Source: Gemmatimonadales bacterium (GTDB lineage Bacteria; Gemmatimonadota; Gemmatimonadetes; Gemmatimonadales; GWC2-71-9). Taken from it: a DNA stretch of 49,274 bases. Below are positions 9,601-18,937 of the stretch, piece after piece (the first letter of the stretch is position 1; each line of letters opens with the position of its first letter). Under the pieces are notes generated by a model. That model was not told where the DNA came from, made no database searches, and saw only the letters and a list, made by a program, of their open reading frames with translations. The stretch lies in contig JBBQFH010000026.1 in assembly GCA_038321865.1 (NCBI GenBank), positions 1 to 49,274 of the forward strand. Reading direction: 5' to 3'. A program made the translations under genes and the position numbers.

Positions 9601-12600
9601 CGCGCTTGGCCTGGCGGCCTGGCATGGCGCGCAGTATGCCGCGCTGCCGTACGCGCTGCTGTGGATCGCGTCGCCGGTTGTTGCTGAGGCGCTGGTACGG
9701 CCACCGACGCAGCGCTCGCGCAACGTCGCGGCGGGCGACCGGGACCGCGCGCTCCGTTACGCGTTGCTGCACTGGCGGTTTTTCGAGCAGTTCGTCTCCG
9801 ATGCGACGCAGGGTCTCGCGCCGGACAACTTCCAGGAAACACCGGAGCCCGTTGTCGCGCACCGCACGTCACCGACCAATATCGGGCTCCAGCTGCTCTC
9901 CACCGTGACGGCGCGCGATCTCGGATTCATCACCACCGAAAGCATGATCGAGCGCCTCGAGCTGGTGTTTCGGGCGCTCGAGCGCATGCGCCGCTGTCGC
10001 GGCCATTTCTACAACTGGTACGATCTGCGCGATCTGCAGGTGCTCGAGCCGGCGTACGTCTCGACCGTGGACAGCGGCAACCTGGCAGGCCACCTGATCG
10101 CCCTGAAGCAGGCCTGTTTGCTGCCGCCGCCGCCGACCGGTCCTGCCACGCGCGATGCGCTCCGTGCGGGGGTCGGTCTGGCGCTCGCGGCCCTGACTCG
10201 CGCCGCGGCTGCAGACGGCAGCGATCCGGCGCTCCTCGCAGCCACCGGCCATCTGCGCGCGGCCAGGAAGGAGCTCGGGCCCGCAGCCGGATGGGAGAAC
10301 GGCGCGCCGCCATCACTGGACGCCTTCACGGCGCAGGTGAAGCTGGCCCAGGACGTGGCGGCCACGCCGGTGGACCCTGAGGGCGAGACGCTGTGGTGGA
10401 TCCGCTGGACCCTCGCACGGGCCTCATCGGCGGGGGCGGCCTCCGCCGAGCAGGAGGCGGAGCAGCGCACGCGCCTGGGGCTGCTGGCCAACCGCGCGCA
10501 CGAGTACGCGCTGCGCATGGATTTCGGCATGCTCTTCGACCGGCGGCGCAAGCTGTTCTCGATCGGACATCAGGACGCGACCGGTACCCTCGACAACTCG
10601 TACTACGACCTGCTGGGCTCCGAGGCCCGGCTGGCCAGTTTCTTCGCGATCGCGAAGGATGATGCGCCCACCGAGCACTGGTTCCGCCTGGGCCGCAGCC
10701 TGACCGTCGAGGGTGGCGACGCGGCGCTGGTGTCGTGGAGCGGCAGCATGTTCGAGTACCTGATGCCGGTGCTGGTCATGCGCTCGCTGCCGTTCACGCT
10801 GCTCGATCAGACCCACCACAGCGCCGTCGAGCGGCAGATCGCCTACGGACGCCACATCGGCCGGCCCTGGGGGATGTCCGAATCGGCGTACAACGTGCGC
10901 GACCGCCACGGCACCTATCAGTATCGTGCGTTCGGCGTGCCCGATCTCGCGCTCAAGCAGGGGTTGAGCAAGGACCAGGTGATTGCGCCCTACGCGACGC
11001 TGCTGGCGCTGCTGATGCTGCCGGATGCCGCGATGGCCAACCTTGCCATGCTCGAGCGGGAAGGCGCGCTCGGACCCTACGGGTTTCGTGACGCGATCGA
11101 CTATACGCGCGTCGCGCCTGACGAGCGGCTCACGGTCGTCGGCACCTATATGGCGCACCACGTCGGCATGGGCCTGGTCGCGCTGTGCAATGCCCTCATC
11201 GCCGGGATCTGGCAGGACCGCTTTCATGCCGATGCGCTCGTGCGGTCGGCCGAGCTGCTGCTGGGCGAGCGGATCCCGCGCCGGTTCGTGGCCCAGGACG
11301 CCCAGCCGGACCTGACGGCCGGCATCCGCGATCGGGGCGACCGCGAGCGCGAGCGTCCGACCGTGCGCGAGTTCCAGTCGCCGGATACCGCACAACCCCG
11401 GGTCGCGCTGCTTGGTGCGCTTCCGTATACCGTGCTCATCACCAACGCCGGCGGCGGATCTACCCGATTCAATCATCTGGCGGTCACGCGCTGGCGGTCG
11501 GATTCCACCCGCGACAACTACGGCCAATGGATTTACGTCAAGGACCTGGCCGATGGCCGACTCTGGTCCGCGGCGCACCAGCCGGTGTGCCGGCCGGCCG
11601 ACAGCTACCTCGCACTCTTCGCATCCGACCGCGTCACCTTTCACCGCCGAGATGGGGAAATCGAGACGCGGATGGAGATCGCGGTCGTACCCGACGACCG
11701 CGCTGAGGTCCGCCGGATCACGATCACCAATCATGCGTGGAGCCAGCGGGTGCTCGAGCTCACCAGCTACGGTGAGATCGTCCTGGCGCCGCAGGACGCC
11801 GACCGGGCGCATCCCGCCTTCGGGAACCTGTTCGTCGAGACGGAGTGGATCGCAACCCACAACACGATTCTGGCGAGCCGCCGCCCCCGTTCGGCGCAGG
11901 AAGATCGGCTCTGGTGCGCCCACGTGGCCGCCGTCGAGCGCGGCAGCGAAGGCCAGGTCACGTACGAGACGGATCGAGCCGCGTTCATCGGCCGGGGCCG
12001 GAGCACCGCCAATCCGCTGGCGACCGACGATGGTGCGGAGCTGGGCGGGGCCACCGGGCCGGTGCTGGACCCGATCTTCGCGCTGCGGGTGCGGGTGACG
12101 GTCCCCCCGGGCAAGTCGGTGCGCGTTGCCTTCACGACGCTGGTGCAGGGCGACCGCGACCGCGCGATCGAGCTGGCTGACCGGTACAACGATCTGTACG
12201 GCGCCCAGCGCGCCCTCGACCTCTCGTGGACCCGCTCGCAGATGGAGCTGCAGGACATCGGCGTCTCCCCGTCGGACGCGGCGCTGTTTCAGCAGCTTGC
12301 CGGGCACCTGATCTTCCCGCACCCCGCACTGCGTGCCACGCCTGAGGAGCTGGAGCGCAACACGCGCAGCCAGGACGCGCTCTGGACCCACGGCATCTCG
12401 GGCGACCTTCCCGTGCTGCTCGCCACGATCGATTCGGCCGATGGGCTCGCGACGGTACGACAGCTGCTCTCCGCGCACTACTACTGGCGGCTGCATGGGC
12501 TCGGCGTCGACCTCGTGATTCTCAACACGATGCCGCCGACCTACCTGCAGGAGCTGACCGACCAGTTGTTGAGCACCGTGCGCGGCTCAACCGAGGCGGG

Positions 12601-15253
12601 CCAGATCGATCAACCCGGCGGCGTGTTCATTCGCCGGCAGGACCTGCTGCAGCCGGACGACGTCGCCCTCCTCCGTGCCGTGGCCCGCGCCATTGTCGTC
12701 TGTGACGGCCTGGGCATCGACAGCCTGCGTGATCTGCCCGATGCCCCGGTGGAGTACCCGGCAGACCTGGTGCCGCAGGGCGGTGCCATCGCGGCCCGAC
12801 GCCTGCGCAGCATTACGGCACCGGGAGCTGAGGCCGCGGCACCCGCCGCGCTTCTCACATCGTTCAACGGGCTGGGCGGACTGACACCGGAGCTGAATTA
12901 TGAAATCCGGATGGAAGGCGCGGTTCTTCCGCCGGCCCCCTGGGCCAACGTGATTGCCAACCCGGCAGGCGGCTTCCTCGTCACCGAGCAGGGCGGAGGG
13001 TACAGCTGGACCGGGAACAGTCATTTTTTCCGGCTCTCGCCCTGGCAGAACGATCCGGTCTCGGACACGCCTGGCGAGGTGATCTATCTGCGCGACGAGG
13101 AGACCGGCGACTTCTGGAGCGCCACGGCGGCACCGATTCGCCACGAGACCCCCTACGTGGTACGGCATGAGGCGGGCGCGTCCGTATTCCGTCACGAGCA
13201 CACGGGCATCGCGACCACGCTGACGCTGGGGATGGCCCCGGAGGATCCCGTCAAGATCGCGCGGCTGGTGCTCGAGAACCGCGGTGCCTCCCCGCGGCGG
13301 CTGACCGTGACGAGCTACGTCGAATGGACGCTCGGCGTGTTCCGCGAGCGCACCGAGCACGATGTGCGGACCCGCTTTGACCGGGCCAGCGGCGCCATCT
13401 TCGCGCAGAACTCCTTCGAGCGGATGTTCGCCGATCAGGTCGCGTTCAGCTGGATGAGCGGCACACTCGCCAGCCACACCGCGGACCGTCGGGAGTTCAT
13501 CGGCCGGAACGGCAGTGCAGCGAGCCCGGACGGCCTCCGGCGCCAGCGGCTGGCGGAGCGCACCGGTGTGGAGCTGGACCCCTGTGCCGTCCTCCAGAGC
13601 GGCATCACGCTGGCGCCCGGCGCCCGCGCCGAACTCGTGGTGCTCCTGGGCTCGGCCACCGGCGACGACGCCGCACGGACGCTGATCGACCGCTACCGCG
13701 ACGTCGGGGCGGCGGGCGGCGCCGTGCGTGCCGCCGGCGAGCGGTGGGGCCACCGTCTGTCCACGATCGTGGCGGCGACACCCTCGCCGGAATTCGACGC
13801 GCTGCTCAATCGCTGGACGCTCTATCAGGCACTGGCCTGCCGGATGTGGGCGCGTTCGGCACTGTACCAGTCGAGCGGGGCCTTCGGCTTCCGTGACCAG
13901 CTGCAGGACGGCATGGCGTTCGTATACGCCGAGCCGGGTGTCACCCGCCAACACATCCTGGTTGCCGCCGGGCGCCAGTTCGTCGAGGGTGACGTACAGC
14001 ACTGGTGGCACGTCCAGAACGGCCGGGGCATCCGCACCCGATTCTCCGACGACCTGGTCTGGCTGCCCTACTGCGTGGATCACTATGTGCGCGTCACCGG
14101 CGACGCCACCGTGCTCGATGAGGAGGCGCCGTTCCTCCGCATGCGGCTGCTGGCCGACGGGGAGGATGAGCTGTACGACCTGCCCCAGGACTCGGGCGAG
14201 CGAGGCACGGTGTACGAGCACTGCGTGCGCGCGCTGAGGAAGGCGGTGACGTTCGGCCCCCACGGCCTGCCGCTGATCGGGTCGGGTGACTGGAACGACG
14301 GCATGAATCGCGTCGGCAACGAGGGGCGGGGGGAAAGCGTCTGGCTGGCGTGGTTCCTGATCGACACGCTGCGCCGTTTCGCCGAGCACGCCGACGGCCG
14401 CGGGGACAGCGCGGCTGCGGCCGAGTTCCGTCAGGCGGCCGACCGGTACGTCGAGGCGGTGGAGCGGGATGGCTGGGACGGGGCATGGTACCGGCGGGCC
14501 TACTTCGACGACGGCACTCCCCTCGGCTCATCGGCCAATGAAGAGTGCCGGATCGATTCGATCGCGCAGAGCTGGAGCATCATCTCCCGCGCGGGACAGC
14601 CGGAGCGGAGCGCGCAGGCGATGGCCTCGTTCAACGGGCAGCTGGTCGACGAGCAGGCGCGGCTGCTGATGCTCCTCACACCCGCGTTCGACCGCATGCC
14701 GCACGATCCGGGGTACATCAAGGGATATTTGCCGGGCGTCCGGGAGAACGGAGCCCAGTACACACACGCCGCGTTGTGGGCCGTGCTCGCGACGGCGATC
14801 AGCGGCGACGGCAACCGCGCGTTCGACCTGTTCCAGATGCTGAACCCGCTGATGCACGCCCGAACGCCGGCTGAAGTCGCGACGTACAAGGTCGAGCCGT
14901 ACGTCGTCGCCGCCGACGTCTATACCGCGCGCCTGCACGTCGGCCGAGGCGGCTGGACCTGGTATACCGGATCGGCGAGCTGGATGTACCGGGTGGCGCT
15001 GGAGTCGATCCTCGGGTTCCACAAACAGGGTGACGTCCTGACGCTCGATCCCTGCGTGCCGAAGGAATGGGACGGATTCTCGTTGACCTACCGGCACGGG
15101 GCCACGACCTACGCCATTACGGTCCGGAACCCGGAGCACGTCACACGGGGCGTGCGCGCGGTGCGGATGGATGGGCAGGCGATGCCGGAGGGGAGGATCG
15201 TGCTGGCCGACGACGGGCGGCGGCGTGAGATCGAGGTCGAACTGGGCGGCTGA
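6647..15253 (+). CDS. ndvB: Cyclic beta-1,2-glucan synthase (NdvB/ChvB/Cgs; GT84 + glucoamylase-like + GH94 domains)
   Basis: 2868 aa. WLLDNFY, GWERKRGKL, TLDSDT, SHDLIEG, RWIRGDWQ, RTSPTNIG, SWSGSMFEYLMP, YQSSGAFGFRDQLQD, GDWNDGMN, ENGAQYTH, GGWTWYTGSA; several TM segments. Confidence 0.93.
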   Translation: MATVIPPSKRGGRLGRLMKGGASASDRERAGDRRVGPFRGQLLGAEGLAAHARALGIRQRFIPADLTSRRWLRRLDAGPLLGRLGDTERLLEETRDALTDAVERGVDISSAGDWLLDNFYVVQEHIREIRQNLPSGYYQELPKLADGPLANYPRIYELAIELIAHTEGHLDFENIGLFVREFQSGAVLNMGELWAVPTVLRLGLVENIRRLALRVMQRLEELESADSWAERLQEASRTSPKALTDALGKFVDDHPPLTPIFVSRLFQQIRAYQAEFRKLLWLEQWIAEEALSADDAVTRANQRLALTQVMMANHLTSLRRISRLDWDVFFESQSVTEAALRRDPSGHYGRMTFETRDRYRHVVEDIARRARASQEDIARRAVELAARHRGASGAAEPGEPCGREAHVGFYLIAAGRPELEREAGYRAGRRERMYRAIVAHPNTVYFGAALIFSLALLTGLFAGIAGLSAGAQALLLVLALIPASEIAIGTVNQLLTLLLPASRLPKMDFQEAGIPEPLRTVVVVPTLLPSVDVVRDQLEHLEVQYLANREPHLHFAILSDFTDAATEHRADDGAVLDAAIQGVRALNEAYGDGSERTFYLFHRPRQWNARQGVWMGWERKRGKLSQFNAFLRGGPVAPFTTVVGDAERLRGAKYVVTLDSDTTLPHGAVELLVGTLAHPLNAAVYDPAAGRVVRGYGILQPRVGVAIASAYRTRFAAIHSGHPGVDPYTTAVSDVYQDLYGEGSFTGKGIYEVDTFERATKGRFPENALLSHDLIEGAFAGAALVTDVQLFDDYPATYLTHARRKHRWIRGDWQLLPWLRSRVASAGGRELNPLSTISRWKILDNLRRSLIEISQVALLIAGWVLLPGVAARWSVIMLAVIAYPWLLGLLLAIVRPPKDRSWRGYYAAVGRDAVTSVQQLALAVIFLPHQAAVSADAIVRTLYRLLVSRKRLLEWVTASQVERGASKLQHSVWRQLLPAIVIALAALGLAAWHGAQYAALPYALLWIASPVVAEALVRPPTQRSRNVAAGDRDRALRYALLHWRFFEQFVSDATQGLAPDNFQETPEPVVAHRTSPTNIGLQLLSTVTARDLGFITTESMIERLELVFRALERMRRCRGHFYNWYDLRDLQVLEPAYVSTVDSGNLAGHLIALKQACLLPPPPTGPATRDALRAGVGLALAALTRAAAADGSDPALLAATGHLRAARKELGPAAGWENGAPPSLDAFTAQVKLAQDVAATPVDPEGETLWWIRWTLARASSAGAASAEQEAEQRTRLGLLANRAHEYALRMDFGMLFDRRRKLFSIGHQDATGTLDNSYYDLLGSEARLASFFAIAKDDAPTEHWFRLGRSLTVEGGDAALVSWSGSMFEYLMPVLVMRSLPFTLLDQTHHSAVERQIAYGRHIGRPWGMSESAYNVRDRHGTYQYRAFGVPDLALKQGLSKDQVIAPYATLLALLMLPDAAMANLAMLEREGALGPYGFRDAIDYTRVAPDERLTVVGTYMAHHVGMGLVALCNALIAGIWQDRFHADALVRSAELLLGERIPRRFVAQDAQPDLTAGIRDRGDRERERPTVREFQSPDTAQPRVALLGALPYTVLITNAGGGSTRFNHLAVTRWRSDSTRDNYGQWIYVKDLADGRLWSAAHQPVCRPADSYLALFASDRVTFHRRDGEIETRMEIAVVPDDRAEVRRITITNHAWSQRVLELTSYGEIVLAPQDADRAHPAFGNLFVETEWIATHNTILASRRPRSAQEDRLWCAHVAAVERGSEGQVTYETDRAAFIGRGRSTANPLATDDGAELGGATGPVLDPIFALRVRVTVPPGKSVRVAFTTLVQGDRDRAIELADRYNDLYGAQRALDLSWTRSQMELQDIGVSPSDAALFQQLAGHLIFPHPALRATPEELERNTRSQDALWTHGISGDLPVLLATIDSADGLATVRQLLSAHYYWRLHGLGVDLVILNTMPPTYLQELTDQLLSTVRGSTEAGQIDQPGGVFIRRQDLLQPDDVALLRAVARAIVVCDGLGIDSLRDLPDAPVEYPADLVPQGGAIAARRLRSITAPGAEAAAPAALLTSFNGLGGLTPELNYEIRMEGAVLPPAPWANVIANPAGGFLVTEQGGGYSWTGNSHFFRLSPWQNDPVSDTPGEVIYLRDEETGDFWSATAAPIRHETPYVVRHEAGASVFRHEHTGIATTLTLGMAPEDPVKIARLVLENRGASPRRLTVTSYVEWTLGVFRERTEHDVRTRFDRASGAIFAQNSFERMFADQVAFSWMSGTLASHTADRREFIGRNGSAASPDGLRRQRLAERTGVELDPCAVLQSGITLAPGARAELVVLLGSATGDDAARTLIDRYRDVGAAGGAVRAAGERWGHRLSTIVAATPSPEFDALLNRWTLYQALACRMWARSALYQSSGAFGFRDQLQDGMAFVYAEPGVTRQHILVAAGRQFVEGDVQHWWHVQNGRGIRTRFSDDLVWLPYCVDHYVRVTGDATVLDEEAPFLRMRLLADGEDELYDLPQDSGERGTVYEHCVRALRKAVTFGPHGLPLIGSGDWNDGMNRVGNEGRGESVWLAWFLIDTLRRFAEHADGRGDSAAAAEFRQAADRYVEAVERDGWDGAWYRRAYFDDGTPLGSSANEECRIDSIAQSWSIISRAGQPERSAQAMASFNGQLVDEQARLLMLLTPAFDRMPHDPGYIKGYLPGVRENGAQYTHAALWAVLATAISGDGNRAFDLFQMLNPLMHARTPAEVATYKVEPYVVAADVYTARLHVGRGGWTWYTGSASWMYRVALESILGFHKQGDVLTLDPCVPKEWDGFSLTYRHGATTYAITVRNPEHVTRGVRAVRMDGQAMPEGRIVLADDGRRREIEVELGG

Positions 15254-15258
15254 TCGCG

Positions 15259-16815
15259 TCAGCCCGCCGGGCGCCTGATCTGCCCGGCGTACTTCCCCGG
15301 TGCCGACGCACGCCGATCAAGTACCTGACGAACCGCTGTCGCGAGCTCGAGCGGCGTGAACGGCTTGCTCAGCGTCGGTGCTGACGCGTCGGTAAGGTGG
15401 GCGGCCACGAGGGTTTCGTCGTACCCGGTCATGTAGAGCACGGCCGGATGCGGGTCCCGGAGCCGCAGCCGCTCGACCAGTGCCGGGCCGCTCATGCCCG
15501 GCATGACGATGTCGGTTACGATCAGATCCACCGGCCGCTCGGACTCGGCGAAGACCACCATCGCGGCACCCGCGCCCGCCGCCATCTCGACCGCATAGCC
15601 ATACTCTCGCAGCGTCCGTGCGGCGAGCTCCGCGAGATCGGCGTTGTCATCCACCACCAGCAGCATCTCGGTCCCACGCAGGTCACGCCCAGGGTCGATC
15701 GCGTCCGGCAGGGTCGGGGCGGGCGCCTGCGGCAGCGTGATACGAAAGACGGTGCCTCTGCCGGGTGCGGTGTCGACCTCGATCGTGCCGCTCGACCTCT
15801 CGACGATGCTGAACACGGTGGACAGCCCAAGCCCGGTGCCCCGGCCCTGTGGCTTCGTCGTGAAGAACGGCTCGAACAGTCTGCCCCGGGTACGGGCATC
15901 CATGCCATGCCCGGTGTCCCGGACGGTCAGGACGGCGCGGCCCGCGGGTGCGTCCTCGAAGGCGCTGATGCTCAGCGTGCCGCCCTCCGGCATCGCGTCC
16001 CGCGCGTTCACCGCCAGGTTGATCAGCACCTGCGAGAGCTGGCCGCGATCCCCCATGACCCACACCTCCGCGATCGCGGGCTTGACCTCGAGGCGGATGT
16101 GCTCGCCAAGCAGCCGGCGCAGCAACACGGCGGTTTCGCTCACGATGGCGGCGAGGTCGACTGGGCCGGTATGCACGCGCTGGTGCCGGGTGAACGCCAG
16201 CAGTTGTTGCGTGAGCCGGCCCGCCCGCTCGGTGGCTTGTTGAATGCCCAGTACGTCTTCCTGCGCCGGTGACAGCGGGTCAAGTGAGCGGCTGAGAAAG
16301 CCGCTGAAGCCGGCGATGATCGTCAGGATATTGTTGAAATCGTGCGCCACGCCGCCGGCCAGCTGCCCTAGCGCCTCCATCTTCTGCGCCTGACGGAGCT
16401 GATCCTCGACCGCACGCTGCTGGGTGATGTCGCGCTTGATGGCCGACGCACCGATCAGTTCGCCGGTCATGTCCCGCACTGGCGACAACGTCAGCGATAC
16501 GAGGATGCGCTCCCCATCCTTCCGCATCCGCGTGGTCTCGTAGTGCGCGACGTGCTGGCCGGCCCGGATCCGCGCCAGAATGCCGTGCTCCTCGTCGTGG
16601 AGATCATCGGGAATCAGCTTGAAGACCGACGCCCCGATCATTTCGCTCGCGCTGTATCCGAAGATCCGTTCTGCGGCGGGGTTCCAGCTGAGAATGGTAC
16701 CGTCGAGGGTTTTGCTGACGATGGCGTCGTCGGATGACGCGATGAGCGCGGCGAGAAAGTAAGCGCCCGACCCCGCGGGCGGCGGCGAGCCGGAGTCAGG
16801 CCCGACGGCGGTCAC
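15259..16815 (-). CDS. PAS-domain hybrid sensor histidine kinase/response regulator
   Basis: PAS (WNPAAERIFGY), H-box AHDFNN, N-box NLAVNARDAM, DTGHG, FEPFFTTK, GTGLGL, and receiver domain (VVDD, TDIVMP, KPF). Confidence 0.93.
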   Translation of the reverse strand: MTAVGPDSGSPPPAGSGAYFLAALIASSDDAIVSKTLDGTILSWNPAAERIFGYSASEMIGASVFKLIPDDLHDEEHGILARIRAGQHVAHYETTRMRKDGERILVSLTLSPVRDMTGELIGASAIKRDITQQRAVEDQLRQAQKMEALGQLAGGVAHDFNNILTIIAGFSGFLSRSLDPLSPAQEDVLGIQQATERAGRLTQQLLAFTRHQRVHTGPVDLAAIVSETAVLLRRLLGEHIRLEVKPAIAEVWVMGDRGQLSQVLINLAVNARDAMPEGGTLSISAFEDAPAGRAVLTVRDTGHGMDARTRGRLFEPFFTTKPQGRGTGLGLSTVFSIVERSSGTIEVDTAPGRGTVFRITLPQAPAPTLPDAIDPGRDLRGTEMLLVVDDNADLAELAARTLREYGYAVEMAAGAGAAMVVFAESERPVDLIVTDIVMPGMSGPALVERLRLRDPHPAVLYMTGYDETLVAAHLTDASAPTLSKPFTPLELATAVRQVLDRRASAPGKYAGQIRRPAG

Positions 16816-16891
16816 GGGTTCACACCCATCGGCCCCATCGACGCTGGGCTTCGGTGAAGCATCCGGTTGTCATTGGCATCGAGCATCTCGC

Positions 16892-16920
16892 AAGCTAGGG
16901 GGGGGTACCAGGAGCCGCAA
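16892..16920 (-). promoter_or_regulatory. Sigma70-like promoter upstream of the histidine kinase, with a C8 tract in the spacer
   Basis: Minus strand reads TTGCGG-ctcctggtaCCCCCCCC (17 nt)-TAGCTT. Confidence 0.45.
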
Positions 16921-17005
16921 CGCCGTCACGCTTGACGCCGGCGGCATATGGCGCGATATCGGCTGTATCCGTCCGCCATTTCTTCCTCAAGCCCACGGCG
17001 TACCC

Positions 17006-18937
17006 ATGCCCCGCGCTCTGCGCCTTGCCGCCAGCACGTGCTCCGCGATCGCGATCCTGATGCTCCCGGCGCCCGCACGCCGTCCGATCGCCTCACCTGC
17101 ATCTGGCATCCTCGTCAACGACAATCGTCATCCGGCCGGACACCTCCACGCCGGAGTGCTGACGCTGCGGCTCGAGGCCGGCGTGGGCACTTGGCGCCCC
17201 GAGGGCCCGGACGGCGCCCGGCTGAGCGTGGCCGCGTTCGGCGAGACCGGCGGTCCGCTCCAGAACCCCGGACCGCTGGTCCGCGTCCCCTCCGGGACCG
17301 AGATCCGCGCGACGGTGCACAACGCACTCACGGTGCCGCTCTGGATCTACGGAATGGGCACCGCTCGCGGGTATGGCGCAGACAGTTTCGATGTCGCTCC
17401 CGGGGCCACGCGCGAGCTTCGCTTCCGGCCCACCGACCCCGGGGTCTACTACTACTCCGGCCGCACCACGCACGGTCCGGTCTTCGGTCGCTCGGCGGAC
17501 GACAGCCAGCTCAACGGCGTGATCGTGGTCGACCCGGCGGGGACGGCGGCCGCCCCCGACCGCATTTTCGTGATCTCGACCTGGTTCACGGTCGATTCCA
17601 CCTCCCGAAGCGGGCTCGGCCCCGATCCCACCCTCGCCTTCAACGGGCTGAGCTGGCCCCACACGGAGTCTCTCACCGCCGCCCAGGGCGACTCGCTCCA
17701 CTGGCGCTTCGTCAATGTGACGCCGTTTGAGCATCCGCTGCACCTGCACGGCTTCTACTTCCGGGTGGACGCGAAGGGTGACGGCGTGCGTGATACCATC
17801 TACGCCCCCGCCGACCGCCGGCTGGGCGTGACGGAAGTCGTGCTCCCGAATCAGACGATGAGCCTGACCTGGGCACCGACCCGCGCGGGTAACTGGATTT
17901 TCCACTGTCACTTTGCCAGCCACATTGCGTCGGCCGCTGCACTCGAGGCCGACCGGCGCATGCCGGTCATCGCCGCCGGCACCCAGCAGCATTCGATGAC
18001 GATGCCGGCTCTGGGCGCACACGGTAATCCGATGCACCACAACATGGCCGGCCTGGTGCTCGGCATCCGGGTGTCGCCGAAGGGGCCGCAGAACGTTCCG
18101 AGCGGGGTCGCGCGCCCGATCCGTCTGATCATCCGTTCGCGCGCGTCGGTGTACGGCGATTATACCGGGTACTCCTACGTCCTCGGCGGCTCGCCGGCCG
18201 AGGCCGACCCGACCGCCATGCCCGTGCCGGGACCGACGCTCGAGTTGCGGCGGGGCCAGCTCGTCGCGATCACGATCATCAACCGCTCACACGAAAACGC
18301 GGCGATTCACTGGCACGGGATCGAGCTGCAGAGCTTTCCCGACGGCGTCGCGGGCTGGAGCGGGAATGGGAAACAGACGCTGCCGATGGTGGCGCCAGGT
18401 GACTCGCTCACGGTCCGCTTCGTGCCGCCGCGTGCCGGCACCTTCATGTACCACTCGCATTCGAACGAGTTCCAGCAGATCGGATCGGGCCTGTACGGCG
18501 CGATCGTGGTGACCGACTCGGCGCGACCCGACCCGGCCACCGATCGGGTCCTCCTGTTCAGCGACGACGGTCCGACGATCAATTTCTTCCGGCCGCCGCC
18601 ACCGGCGCTGCTCAACGGCCGGCCACTGGCCGACACCCTCACGCTCAAGCCCGGCGTCCCACAGCGGCTGCGCCTCATCAACATCCGCACCGACTACATC
18701 CTCGGGCTTGGGCTCGTCGCCGGTGGCCGGCCGCTCCAGTGGCGCGAGCTCGCCAAGGACGGCGCCGATCTGCCGGCTGCCCGCACGGGCGCGCGCCCCG
18801 CCTACGTGGTGCTCGCCCCGGGTGAGATCATGGATGTCGAAGTCACCCCGCCGTCCGACGGGTCTGCGTCGCTCAGCGTCACGCTGCCGACATCCCCGCC
18901 GTCCGAGCCGACGCTGGTGCCGATAGCGCTGCGTTAG
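17006..18937 (+). CDS. Multicopper oxidase family protein, secreted, atypical motif order
   Basis: Signal-like N-terminus, two PGP motifs, HPLHLHG, WIFHCH, IHWHG, FMYHSH. Confidence 0.88.
   Translation: MPRALRLAASTCSAIAILMLPAPARRPIASPASGILVNDNRHPAGHLHAGVLTLRLEAGVGTWRPEGPDGARLSVAAFGETGGPLQNPGPLVRVPSGTEIRATVHNALTVPLWIYGMGTARGYGADSFDVAPGATRELRFRPTDPGVYYYSGRTTHGPVFGRSADDSQLNGVIVVDPAGTAAAPDRIFVISTWFTVDSTSRSGLGPDPTLAFNGLSWPHTESLTAAQGDSLHWRFVNVTPFEHPLHLHGFYFRVDAKGDGVRDTIYAPADRRLGVTEVVLPNQTMSLTWAPTRAGNWIFHCHFASHIASAAALEADRRMPVIAAGTQQHSMTMPALGAHGNPMHHNMAGLVLGIRVSPKGPQNVPSGVARPIRLIIRSRASVYGDYTGYSYVLGGSPAEADPTAMPVPGPTLELRRGQLVAITIINRSHENAAIHWHGIELQSFPDGVAGWSGNGKQTLPMVAPGDSLTVRFVPPRAGTFMYHSHSNEFQQIGSGLYGAIVVTDSARPDPATDRVLLFSDDGPTINFFRPPPPALLNGRPLADTLTLKPGVPQRLRLINIRTDYILGLGLVAGGRPLQWRELAKDGADLPAARTGARPAYVVLAPGEIMDVEVTPPSDGSASLSVTLPTSPPSEPTLVPIALR

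Noticed and set aside
6974..14389. Long antisense ORFs (696, 690 and 600 aa) opposite the glucan synthase
   Set aside because: Shadow ORFs expected from high GC3 codon bias; no motifs, Arg/Pro/Ala-rich.
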